Positions 52,510-64,000 of a stretch of DNA of 64,000 bases are shown here, one piece after another (position 1 is the first letter of the stretch; every line of letters starts with the position of its first letter). The stretch is taken from positions 131,192,001 through 131,256,000 of the forward strand of contig OX597819.1 of NCBI GenBank assembly GCA_951406725.2, read 5' to 3'. The DNA comes from Octopus vulgaris. Its lineage: Eukaryota. A model generated the notes under the pieces. It made no database searches and was not told the DNA's origin. It saw only the letters and a list, made by a program, of their open reading frames with translations. The position numbers and the translations under genes were made by a program.

Positions 52510-53979
52510 ATAATTAGCCTTTAAACATAAACTGATTTGTGTGAAACATTTTTTGAAAGATGCAACAAGAGTTGTCTTTGATAAAACAAATGAATTTACG
52601 ACAAGTGCTCTCCACAAAGGATGTGGACTGTGTATGGAACTGTTAAGGGTTGTCTCTGCAGCAATGGAGGATATTATTATGACTTATGGAATGTTTTTGA
52701 TGAACAGAAAGACAGTTGAAGAGATGAGGAATTCTTTGGAGATGACTAAGTTAGGAAGTATATGTGGCTATAAACCATGCCAAAGCAGACCATGGAAACT
52801 GGTGAAGCTCCAGTCAAACCATTCAACCGATGCCAGTATGTAAAACGATGATGATGACAACGTTTGTAAGGTCTTCTAGGGGACAACCAGCTTATGTTAT
52901 ATGACACATAGTCAATTAAAAGCAAAACTAAGTTTCGTTAGCAGAAGAATTCATTATATATAATTACTGAAAGTATTTCAGATTAGCATTTAGTATTTAG
53001 TAACATAAAGTTATATTTAAAAAAATAAGAAAAAAATACAATTAAGACATGCATTTGTACAGAATATGCTTAACGATGAAATATGGTGGGTATTTCATAA
53101 CCTGATTTGGATTTTGATCAAATTTCTCCATCCTCACCAAGTTTAGCAGTGTGCAGCATTTTATCATTGACCTTTAGATGCTTCTATGAAATGTGTATTG
53201 ATTTCCAGTTGATGCTTTTTATACGGCCCCAGGAGAATTTTTAATCTATATGTTTCTCACACCCTAGCATTCTGTAGCATGACTTTTATTGTTGTTGTTG
53301 TCATTGATATCTGTCAAATGGAGATTCTGTCAGACAAGGCATGAGATAGCTTTGGTCACCATCAGCTGAATCTCATGTCAAATCCATTTTATAATTAACT
53401 TTTAAAAACGGTTTTTTTTCACTGTTTTTCAAATACTTAATTAAATTAGTTGCTTTGTCATGGGACCGGAGATGCATTTGGATCTGGAACTTGGAGAGAT
53501 CAAACTTCAAAGGAAGAGGACCTAAATAAAGGTCATGTTTGCTCAATTTAATATTTATGACTCAGGAAAACAGCAACAACTGCTTTTAACCACATAATTA
53601 TTGACATCGTTTGTAGGTAAGGAACATTAAGCGTAAGTATCTCAAGGTTAATGTAGTTATAGAGTGCTTACTGTTTCATTACTGGACTTAGTAATTGAAC
53701 TATGGCCATGCTGGGGCACCTCTTCAAAGGGTTTTGGTCAATCATATTGATCCCACTACTTATTTCAGCAATCTTTATTAATTGAATCTCAGAATTACGC
53801 TTTTTGACTCAATTCTGGCTTTAAACCACTAAACATAAGCATGCACATACACACACATGCAAACGCATGCATACACACACACACACACACACACATGTAT
53901 GTGTGTGTGTATATATATATATATATGTGTGTATGTTTAGGTATCTGCATATATACTTATGTTTGTATATATATATATA

Positions 53980-54351
53980 CTAGCAGTATCGCCCGGCGTT
54001 GCTCAGGTTTGTAAGGGAAATAACTATAAAGCATTTTTAGAGAGTTATAGCAAAAAATGGAAAAAAAAATTATGGTAAATTTTTTTGAGAGTTAAAGAAG
54101 GTGGAGTTGCGTCCCCTAGACGGTCTGTGGTTTGGGTTTCTGATTCTCGACCCCATGTCGAATTTATCGATTTTTTTCAGAACTGGGGGAACTTTTCAAA
54201 ATTTTCGCTGCGTTAGTTTTGAATTATGACATTGGGCTATGTGTGTGTCAAGTTTCATCAGAATCGGTTGAAAGCCGTGGTCAGGGTGAGGGTACGAGAA
54301 AACAGACACACAGAAAACGCACAGACAAACTGCCGTTTATATAGAGAGAGA
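53980..54351 (-). mobile_element. Non-autonomous Helitron-like element (same 3' end, different body)
   Basis: Shares the CTAGCAGTATCGCCCGGCGTTGCTC end with 43368. On the minus strand it starts A|TC. Confidence 0.7.
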
Positions 54352-54400
54352 TGATGATGATATATATATGTGTATGTATATATATATGTACACACATATG

Positions 54401-54433
<33 letters not shown>

Positions 54434-54454
54434 ACACACACATATACGTATAAA

Positions 54455-55956
54455 ATATATAACCCAATCTATAGTAGAGAATATAGTAATCTGCATTAGT
54501 AACCTCTCAGCGAATGAGGAAGCATTTAAATTAAATGGGGATTTTTATAATTTCACATTAGAGAAGTGGGATATAGAGAAGAATTGGAATTCTTTGATGG
54601 TAGTAATAGTAGAAATAATATAAGTGGCAGGATGGCCCATTCTGACGATAATCAGAATAGTATGTATAATATGAAGAACACCACAAACCAAATAGAACAG
54701 AAAATAGGAAGAGTTAAAGATAGGAAACCTGTGCAATTAGAATATAACAATAGAGTACCTAGAAACAAAAAGATGAGTACGTATTTACTTGAACCTGTGC
54801 CAAATGAAGTACAAAGTGGCTTAGATATGAATGGACCAATGAAGAGGTCCCATGCAGACAGGGGAGATAAACAATACATAAACTCTATATATAGTAATAT
54901 ACAAATAATTGACTAATATAATGTGAAATATAATAGCAAACAAATAAGAACCAGATAAATAGAGTACACACTTTTACAAAAAAGTTTAGGTAGAAATAGA
55001 AATACATACTTCAGTAATATAGGACAACACTAGTTATATCAAATGGTATATAATTACCTTTAGAAAACGAATAATTTCCAATATACTAAAATTGTTTATT
55101 CGGTATTGATTAAACATTTTCCAAAAGACAGTAAATACTATAGAATTTTTAATAAAAATAAGGTTAGATTAGCTTTTTCTAATAGCAAAAATCTAGCACA
55201 AATTATAGCTGTACACAATGGTAGTAAATTTAACAGTTTCCATATGAACAACAGCAATAATAATAACCGAATTATAATTCTAGATCAATGAATAGCAACA
55301 ATGTCAACATGAGCGAACAAACTGTAACACAACTAGGTATCAGGATAGGAACAATGGTTTGACAACCAATAAAATTGAAGAGACCCGAGAAAACACAACA
55401 ATTAACCTGGAAGTAGTAGATGTGAGTCCTAAAAAACAAAGTACTCAGAATGTCATCTATGTAGAAAGGACTAATAGCTTAGAAGATAGACAGGAGAATT
55501 TAGAAATCACATCTAGAATAGGTGAAATGAATGGTAGTAACAGAAGTAGTAGAACTATTGAATGCGACTGTGCAAGGAACAGGACCTGTCTGCTTAACTC
55601 TAACTGTAGGCATAAAAATATCGTATACAGACGTAAGATTACCTCAGAGAATAGAGGGTATTTCTATATAGAAACTAGCTCATGTTATATTAAGCAATGT
55701 AATTGCCAATCATTTAAGTTCATTTAGAAATAGAAACAAAATGAATATTACCAGCCTTAGTAAGCTAATTTGGACACTAAAAGATGGTAACAAAGTATTT
55801 TCGATTGCCTGGGAAATAATTAGTAAAACAAAACCTTATATAATAGGTGATAATAAATGTGAGCCTTGTGTAGAAGAAATGTACCAAATTTTGACTTGTA
55901 AATTTACTATTATAAACACTAGACAGGAACAGGCTGAGATGTCCACTATGGATTAA
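54455..55956 (+). mobile_element. Decayed Penelope-like element 3' portion (RT thumb plus GIY-YIG), same clade as 46699-48335
   Basis: ISNLSANEEAF..FYN, KHFPKDSKYYRIFNKNKVRLAFS, CDCARNRTCLL..C..KNIVY..FYIET, TSLSKLIWTLK..WEII..CEPC.EE. Multiple stops and frameshifts; the start abuts a TA/CA tract. Confidence 0.85.
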
Positions 55957-56409
55957 AGGTATTGATGGTGGTGGCGTCAGAAGTCTGAATGGTATGTGTA
56001 TGGCAGTGGTGATGGTGGTTTTACTGGTGATGGTGATGGTTGAAAACAATCGAGAGAAAGAAAGAGGTTAGACAGAAAAAAGTATTGTGCTGAACCCTGA
56101 ATGGGAACACAAAAAAATGTTTATCATGCAGCTTTGCAATAAGTTCCAGTTCGACAAGTTATATCATTGTTTTGATGAAAATTGTTCATTGCTTGATAAA
56201 CATTGTTCAAGTTTAATAAAATCTAATGCTTACTCAATGCATGAAGTGCCATTGTTGGGCCCAAGGCCTAATGAAGAGCCCTCCACAGGAGCTAGCTTGA
56301 AGCTGTTCAATAGGGTGGCTTTTAAGCTAGTCTCCTATAGCTCCAGGCAAACCAAGTGTTTAGCCTTGTGAATGGATTTGGTTGATGGAAACTGATGGAA
56401 GAACCTTGT

Positions 56410-56411
<2 letters not shown>

Positions 56412-56466
<55 letters not shown>

Positions 56467-56570
56467 CTGAATGGCAGTGCATCAGCATGGCTGCAGCTCT
56501 GAGCTGGAGCTATAGTAATATATATATATATATATATGTATGTATATGTATATATATATGTATGTATATG

Positions 56571-56601
<31 letters not shown>

Positions 56602-56626
56602 ATGTATATATATATGTATGTATATG

Positions 56627-56697
<71 letters not shown>

Positions 56698-56866
56698 ATA
56701 TATATATATATATGTATGTATATGTATATATATATATATATGTATGTATATGTATATATATATATATATGTATGTATATGTATATATATATATATATGTA
56801 TGTATATGTATATATATATATATATGTATGTATATGTATATATATATGTATATATGTATGTATATG

Positions 56867-56898
<32 letters not shown>

Positions 56899-56960
56899 TA
56901 TGTATATATATATATATATATGTATGTATATGTGTATATATATATATGTATATATATATT
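56412..56960. repeat. (TA)n/(TATG)n microsatellite
   Basis: Directly visible. Confidence 0.9.
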
Positions 56961-56966
56961 TATTAT

Positions 56967-57098
56967 ATTTATTATATAGAAGGAGCTTCTACAGGACTAG
57001 AACTGTTTCATTCAAGAGAAATCATCAGGAAGCTTCCTGATGATTTCACTTGAATGAAACAGTTCTAGTCCTGTAGAAGCTCCTTCTATATAATAAAT
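56967..57098. ncRNA. 132-bp spacerless palindrome encoding a type-I hammerhead motif on each strand
   Basis: Centre AAGCTT at 57030-57035, one mismatch. Plus strand: AGCTTC-CTGATGA-TTTCACTTGAAT-GAAACAG-TTCTAGTC-CTGTA-GAAGCT. Confidence 0.75.
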
Positions 57099-57174
57099 TA
57101 ATTTTACTCTGCTATGTATTGAGTACCTTATTTACTGTGGTTAACCCCGAATCAACCCGGGACCTACATATATG

Positions 57175-57207
<33 letters not shown>

Positions 57208-57211
57208 GTAT

Positions 57212-57628
57212 ACTCTTTACTCTCTCTCTTTTACTCTTTTACTTGTTTCAGTCATTTGACTGCGGCCATGCTGGAGCACCACCTTTAGTCGAGCAAATCG
57301 ACCCCGGGACTTATTCTTTGTAAGCCCAGTACTTATTCTATTTGTCTCTTTTGCCGAACCGCTAAGTGACGGGGACGTAAACACACCAGCATCGGTTGTC
57401 AAGCAATGCTAGGGGGACAAACACAGACACACAAACATATACACACACACTTATACATATATATACATATATACGACAGGCTTCTTTCAGTTTCCGTCTA
57501 CCAAATCCACTCACAAGGCATTGGTCGGCCCGGGGCTATAGCAGAAGACACTTGCCCAAGATGCCACGCAGTGGGACTGAACCCGGAACCATGTGGTTGG
57601 TTAGCAAGCTACTTACCACACAGCCACT
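57212..57628 (-). mobile_element. tRNA-derived SINE, family A
   Basis: Reverse complement of 1618-2040. Confidence 0.85.
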
Positions 57629-58264
57629 ATATATGTATATGAAGGAAAAAGAAGGAAATGGAGATTTTGAAGTGAAGAGTTTATTCTCAACAACAAATTG
57701 ATCATTATCCCTTACAGCTGAAAATCAATTATACACAGTGAATTAATTAATTATTAAGTTCATATTTCTGAGCATAATCTCTTCAGAGGGAAAAGAATCT
57801 ACCCTGAGATGTTCTGTATATTTGTTTGTAGACACCATGTCATGTGCTGAGGACTTCCAAATACAAAGACAGATTAAGGCTTTTGATAATGGAAAAGGGT
57901 TTTGTAAGGAAGATGGATATAGAAATTGTTATATATACATTTTCAGCTTTAAAGTTGAGTTTTGGTAAGGATAATTAATATATGTTTTGTAATATTTGTT
58001 CTTATAACTGTATTCCTCCATTCATTAGGAGAAAATTTGTTTCCACTCTCACCCACCAGTCCTTCACGCAGGGCTTGTTTGTAAGAAAATGTGTCAAGAT
58101 TATTCCCAGTCTTAATGAAAGGATTTGAAATATTTGTGCTGCATTTACACTGGTCTCTCTAACTTACAACTAATCACCCACAGCTATCGCTTGCAAGTGA
58201 ATATAACCTGATTTCACGTACCATGTTTTTACTAGTTATTTGAGGAGAATATGTAGTCATGTGT

Positions 58265-58700
58265 ACACATGGTTCATGGTCTCAAAAATTTGTCCTACGA
58301 AGAAAGGCTGAGAACGCTCGACCTTTATTCTCTTGAAAAACGCCGCCGCCGTGGTGATCTCATTCTCGCCCACATCATAAGCGGAAAGTGTAACCTCTCG
58401 AAAGAGCTGTTCTTCACTCCTGCTCCAGAGCGTCGGCTGCGGGGTCATTCCGAAAAGCTCTACCTGCGACGATTTCATCTCAATCGAAGGAGAGGAGCTT
58501 TCTCCGTCCGGGTTGCGGATCCGTGGAACAAGCTGCCAGACGAGATGGTGAAGATGCCGACGACCGCTTTGTTCAAAGCCTCCCTTGACCTCAAGTGGCC
58601 TGAACTCTTTACATGAACACCACCCTGTACTTAACTCCATGTCCCCCTACATGGCCTTGCTATTTGCTTTTGAGCCAAATTAACTAACTAACTAACTAAC
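58265..58700 (+). mobile_element. CR1-clade LINE 3' fragment with (TAAC)n tail
   Basis: GLKNLSYEERLRTLDLYSLEKRRRRGDLI..RGH..KL..FSVRVADPWNKLP..FKASLD is the typical CR1 ORF2 C-terminus. Tail TAACTAACTAAC. Confidence 0.9.
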
Positions 58701-59314
58701 ATGGATATCATCTCAGCCCTGCCATTCAAGACCCTAGTGGAAGATCCAGGATCTAAGAGTTGGTGGGAGACAGGACCGTATCTGCACTGGGCAGAGACTC
58801 ATTTTAGCTGAGTTGACCAAAGCAATGCCAACTGGAGTGCTCTGCTCAGGAAAACAATATGTCACCCGGTCCAGGAATCAAACTCATGACCTCACGATAG
58901 GGAGCTTTACTCTCTGCCCACTTTGTGAAGAGGTTTATCAATTATTTCTTGGAAGAGAACTGAAATTCTATTTGACTGAGACATCCGCAACACTAGGACT
59001 GTCACTGTAATATGCCTGAAGTCAAAAAATTAATTTTGTTGCTGTTTGGTCCCAAGTCAGCCCTAATGAAACAGATATATGATCATAGATATTCTGATCG
59101 TGACCCCTTTGTATTTTTTAGACATATTCTATTCGAGCTATGTGACAATGTGGCCATTTGGAGCAATGGTCCTTTTAGCTTTAAGGTGGTTTGATCTAGT
59201 GGTATTTTTGACAGCTCTTTCTTGCAGAGGCAAACGATTTGCGTTGAGGCTCATTGTCTTCTTTAAGACTACAGTCTATCGGCAAACTTCTGAATGTGGT
59301 CTTTTGGTTGGACC

Positions 59315-59733
59315 CAGTGCTAGATTAACCATTAAGCAAAATAAGCATGTGCTTAGGGCATCAAGGGAAGGAGGGGGCAGCACAAAAATGGTAAATGGTT
59401 TATGGCACAAAAGAAATCACGTTAAGCTGGCTAAAATAATATTTGGTATGCCTTTATCTCTATGAAGTATAGATGTAGACATGTTACCTAAGATTGATTT
59501 TTACTAGTTATTTGCAATTCAAAAAAGTAGGAGGAAACTTTTCCAAATATAAATAAAGTGAAAGTATACAAAAATAAGCACTATTTTCCCTCTTTTACTG
59601 TTTTGGTTCATTTTGAAAAACAAAATTTATTTTATGGTTTGTTATTGTTTATATTTTGAATTACATAATCTTTTATGGGGGTACCAACATCTTTTAAGTG
59701 CTTAGGGCCTCAATGGGTCTTAATCCAACCTTG
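59315..59733. mobile_element. hAT-like MITE
   Basis: Degenerate TIRs CAGTGCTAGATTAA and TTAATCCAACCTTG, subterminal GTGCTTAGGGC repeats, and an 8-bp TSD GTTGGACC/GTTGGCCC. Confidence 0.65.
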
Positions 59734-60100
59734 GTTGGCCCCCTAACTAAAATAGATAATGTGATTGCTGGGTTAAAAGAAGTAAATACGAGAAAGTAAC
59801 ACGGCAAATCTTGTATATTTTCCTAGTGATCATTTCACCGCTACTTCAGCATTTGCGGTGAAGTCTATGCTTTGTTGACGAGATCTTAATAAGACCGAAA
59901 TACGACCAGAATAATTAAAATGCCTGTCATTGACAGATATCCCCCCCCACCCGCTTTTCCCAGCTTTAAATACATTAGCAATAATTTAACATCCCCTTTT
60001 ATTTTATTCTGTGAGTTTTTCATTCATTATAGAACCCAGAAAGCAAAGATTCTGGAAATGCCGACATCTCATGAATCGAAGATGATTGAATGAGACAAAC

Positions 60101-60157
<57 letters not shown>

Positions 60158-60176
60158 TTAGTTAGTACTAAATTTA

Positions 60177-60473
60177 GGTACTACTTGAGAACAGTAGTCC
60201 CGGTGCGCGCACTCGCGCTAGCTAGTCATGACTAGTCGATCCTTACTTTGTGTTTTTGTGTGCTTACTTTGTTTAAAAAATTATTTACTTTGTATTTTTG
60301 TGTTTTATTTACTTTGTTTAACAAAAATTATTTACAATGTAAACAAATTATTTAGTTTGTGTTTTATTTACTTTGCTAGGTAGTCGTTGTAGGATCGACT
60401 AGTCACGACTAGCTAGCGCGGATGCGCGACTATGCGAGTGCGCGCACCGGGACCACTGTTCTCAAGTAGTACC
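60177..60473. mobile_element. Fold-back MITE with long CpG-rich TIRs upstream of MED21
   Basis: GGTACTACTTGAGAACAGT.GTCCCGGTGCGCGCACTCGC..GCTAGCTAGTC.TGACTAGTCGATCCT and its reverse complement enclose TTACTTTGT repeats. Confidence 0.8.
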
Positions 60474-60841
60474 CTAACTGTATAGGTATAAAAGGAAAGA
60501 ACACCTGACTAAATAAACAAACTACGCACACTTGTTTCTGTAATGCCAAACAACACTTAATTCACCTCTTTCTACTTAATTCGGTAAATTTTTGATAATT
60601 TACTATTGATCCTATCACTAAAACAACAAATTGTTTACAACCAATTATTTAACAAGTCCCCATAGTAATTATTTAATTTATCATTCTAGTGGATATAATC
60701 AGTTATTTTTGGTTAAATTCTATACATTTTACAAATATTTTACACAATTACTGAAAAACAAACAATAGTGGAATACGAAACTTCGAACCGTGCGCAACTG
60801 TTTAGTCTTGTTACTGATATATTTAATTAGAATATAAATAA

Positions 60842-60886
<45 letters not shown>

Positions 60887-61009
60887 GATAATAAAAAAAT
60901 TGACATGTTCTATGAATTTTAAATTCTCTTAAGCCTCTGCGTTGCGAATTATTTAATCCGAAACGAAAATGTCATTTCTTCTGTTTCTAGCTTTTATAAC
61001 AACATCAAC

Positions 61010-61051
61010 ATGGCTGACCGTTTGACTCAACTCCAAGATGTTGTCAACCAG
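61010..61051 (+). CDS. MED21: Mediator complex subunit 21, first coding exon
   Basis: ATG in a good context (AACATGG) encoding MADRLTQLQDVVNQ, the conserved MED21/Srb7 N-terminus (MADRLTQLQD.VN). Similarity stops at CAG|GCGAGT. Confidence 0.9.
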
Positions 61052-62589
61052 GCGAGTATTTTACTTCGTTTTTAGTATTTTTCAAAATTTAGTCGCATCA
61101 TCTATTGACTATATTACACAAGTTTTACAACAGTACCATAAAATTGTATTTTTTTATCGTAACACGGTAAGAAACGTATCGTCTTTCTTCTCCATCAATG
61201 AAACCAGCCGCGACTCTTGCTTTGCCGAGTCAAAAGACTCCCTCCCATTATCCGACTCTCAACCGTTTCAATCTTGGTTCTTCAGTTTTCCTACTCTATA
61301 TCCATTTCATCCTTCTCTCACTTTTCTTGCCTTCATCTATTTCTTTTGCGCTGGTCTCTCCGAATCCACTCTCTCAGCTTTTCTGTCTAATTATTTTCAT
61401 TTTTCTTTGTTCCTATCCAATCCGACTCCGTTTCAATATATTTTAATAATTTGCGAACCCGTTTCATTGTTTTATGGTCTTTCCACATTATTCCTAGTGT
61501 AATGTGTCCGAGAGCGTGTTTTTCTGTCCTTCTCTTGATTGTCAGGCGTCATATTTCATATTTCTGCACCGTAAATTGCTAAGAAGACAGTTGTCAGCTC
61601 GGCTTTTAATGTTTTCATATCTTCTGCTCTTAAAAGTGGAATCTACTTCGCACTTTCGCCGACTTCAAATCCGAAATCCTGTCGCCGGTTTCCTTTTCTC
61701 TTTTCCCTCTTTCTACTTGGTTGCTTTTAGTTGGCCAATGTAAGTATAACTTTATTATTTGAAAGGATGTTTCTTCCACTTGGATACCGGGAACTTCCTC
61801 CATCCCATTTATGGATCACTATTTGGTTATTTTATTTTTCAGTTAATTCCCAGCCCTACTGCCTTGTTTTCTGTATTTAGTCGTTCTTATCTGGTTTGAA
61901 GTTCGTTCGAATCTTTTGACACAAGATCCATATTGTTTGGAGTCGAAGGGGTTTGAGAACTTGTCCGCTGGTTCTAATTCTCCTTTCGCCTGTCTCTATG
62001 TGCTGTTCCCGAGACACTTCTCACATCCTTTCTGTAAATTACAGACCATTTCTAGCAACTGATTATAACTATGAAACTTCTAAGCAATCATTTGACATTC
62101 TAGGAATAGCAGCTGCTATTCTTTAAACCACACTCCACTGCCTTACATAAGGAAGGGTACATTATACAATGTAATTCTATATATCCTTAACTAGACGGTA
62201 TGGCCACTGAATGACTTTCTTTAATCATAGGATTAATCGGGGCCTTATCAACAATTCAAATGTTGATACATTCCTATTCGTTTTCAAAAAAAGAAAAAAA
62301 TGAAAAGAAAAAAATCAACAAAATCCTCTAGAAGTGAAAGACAGAGGAATAATTAAACAATAAATTGCATTAATATTGCTCTAGAATGAGGAATATATAG
62401 AAATTAAAAATAAATTTAAGTGAATGCGTATAATGTAAAAAGTACGACTAAGATTCTGGTTCATTAACTTAAAGGGAAATAACCCCCATTTAAGCATAAA
62501 ATATGGATGAGAACTTGCTTTGTAACGTAGGCGCAAAGGGTTTGATCGGTTTCCTATACTTGACTCATATTTTTAATTTTGTTGACTAC

Positions 62590-63378
62590 ACAGTATAGTA
62601 GGGTCAGTTGGGCACCATCTGTGAGAGGAACAGCACCATGACGCAATTCACTCTGTCAGAAATTTGGAAACAACATGCTCTACTGCTTGGCGCTCATGCC
62701 AGAAAATTCAGTATGAACATTTCAGAGTGTTTGGGTGTCAATCTGAGGACATGTACCGAGAGTGATGAAAATCAAACATCCAGTCAACATCATGGTGTTT
62801 GGACTAATCTCTAGTGATGGCGAAGTTATGCCTTCATTCATCTTCCCACACAGCCTCAGTCTCAACATGGAGGCCTACATCAAGTGCCTGGAGGAGATGG
62901 TACTGCCCTGGGTTAAGAGGGTGTCTGCTGGAAGACCCTGTGTCTAGCAACAGGACTCTGCACCATGCCACACAAGCAAGAGAACCTAGTCATGGCTGTC
63001 AGAGAATTTCTGAAACCGCATCACCCCTAACATCTGGCCACCTAACTCCCCAGACTACAACCCCCTTGATTATTATGTGTGAGGTACAGTTGAGCGAGAG
63101 ACCAACAAAACTCCTTGTAACACCAAAGATGAACTGAAGGCAAGGATTATGGCAGCATTCACCAACTTAAACAAGGAGACCGCCCAGAAGAGTTGCAGGA
63201 GATTCTGAAGTCGTCTGGAGGCTGTGGTTGAAGCCAATAATGATTTTAGTAAATAAATTTACTCTTTAGTATTTCGAAATATTTTAATGTAATTTTGGTA
63301 AATATATCTTAAAATGAGATGTCAGTGTTATTTTCATTTTTGCATAATTTAGACGAGAATATATTCACTGCATCCTTT
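62590..63378 (+). mobile_element. Internally deleted Tc1/mariner-superfamily transposon relic, DD37D (maT-type) transposase pseudogene
   Basis: KHPVNIMVFGLISSDG..QQDSAPCHTS..WPPNSPDYNPLDY. There are 37 codons between the Asp codons at 62954 and 63068, and several stops. Confidence 0.85.
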
Positions 63379-63394
63379 GTGTGTGTATCATGAT

Positions 63395-64000
63395 AATCAT
63401 CATCATTGTTTAACGTCCGTTTTCGATGCTAGCATGGGTTGGACGGTTCGACCGGGGTCTGGGAAGCCAGGGGCTGCACCAGGCTCCAGTCTGATCTAGC
63501 AGTGTTTCTACAGCAGGATGCCCTTCCTAACGCCAACCACTCTGCGAGTGTAGTGGGTGCTTTTTACGTGCCACCGGCACTCTGGCATCGGCCACGATCG
63601 GTTGGTGCTTTTAACGTGCCACCTGCACGGAAGCCAGTCGAGGCGGCACTGGCATTGGCCACGTTCAGATGGTGCTTTTTATGTGCCACCGGCACAGAAG
63701 CCAGTCGAGGCAGCGCTGGCATCGGCCACGTTCGGGTGGTGCTTTTTATGTGCCACCGGCACAGAAGCCAGTCGTGGCTGCGCTGGCATCAGCCACGTTC
63801 CGAAGGTGCTTTTTATGTGCCACCGGCACAGGTATCACAACTACTATTTCCATTGATATTTATTTCGATGTTCATGTACTTAACTCAATAGGTCTCCTCA
63901 AGCACAGCGGGATGTTCTGGAATCCAAGGTACTTTGAATGGGCAGAGGCTATGCAGGACTGGTGCAGGAAGCAGCCCAGGTCTTTGCAGTCACAGCATAT
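63395..64000 (-). mobile_element. SINE-like repeat, family B, with internal tandem units of about 60 bp
   Basis: Core plus repeated GGTGCTTTTTATGTGCCACCGGCACAGAAGCCAGTCG units. Confidence 0.8.

Noticed and set aside
61038-61743. ORFs just downstream of the MED21 start
   Set aside because: Pyrimidine-rich intron sequence with no similarity to the rest of MED21; exon 2 is not evident in the window.
63560-63832. Regularly spaced repeats resembling a CRISPR array (also 2901-3050)
   Set aside because: The intervening sequences are themselves homologous, so these are tandem units within a SINE. The context is eukaryotic and there are no cas genes.

Overview
Repeat-dominated, AT-rich eukaryotic DNA, almost certainly from a coleoid cephalopod (probably Octopus, judged from the SINE families and microsatellite load). 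Two host genes are supported, both on the + strand: the last three coding exons of malectin (31520-31699, 35651-35708, 41072-41304; the upstream exons were not found in the window) and the first coding exon of Mediator subunit MED21 (61010-61051, ending at a GC splice donor). The rest is SINEs, LINE fragments (RTE, R4/Dong-like, CR1), MITEs, Tc1/mariner relics, non-autonomous Helitrons and very long (TA/CA)n tracts. The most interesting signal is two Penelope-like retroelements (PLEs; RT plus C-terminal GIY-YIG, CxCx5C linker) sitting in (TA)n tracts, together with about nine minimal type-I hammerhead ribozyme motifs. These lie in short non-coding modules usually bordered by (TA)n, and several are arranged as palindromes. 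Some carry unusual catalytic cores (a U3-A8 covariant and a recurring A6U variant). I interpret this as a microsatellite-targeted family of ribozyme-bearing non-autonomous retro-elements, but that is inference. All coordinates were read by eye, and repeat boundaries are approximate.
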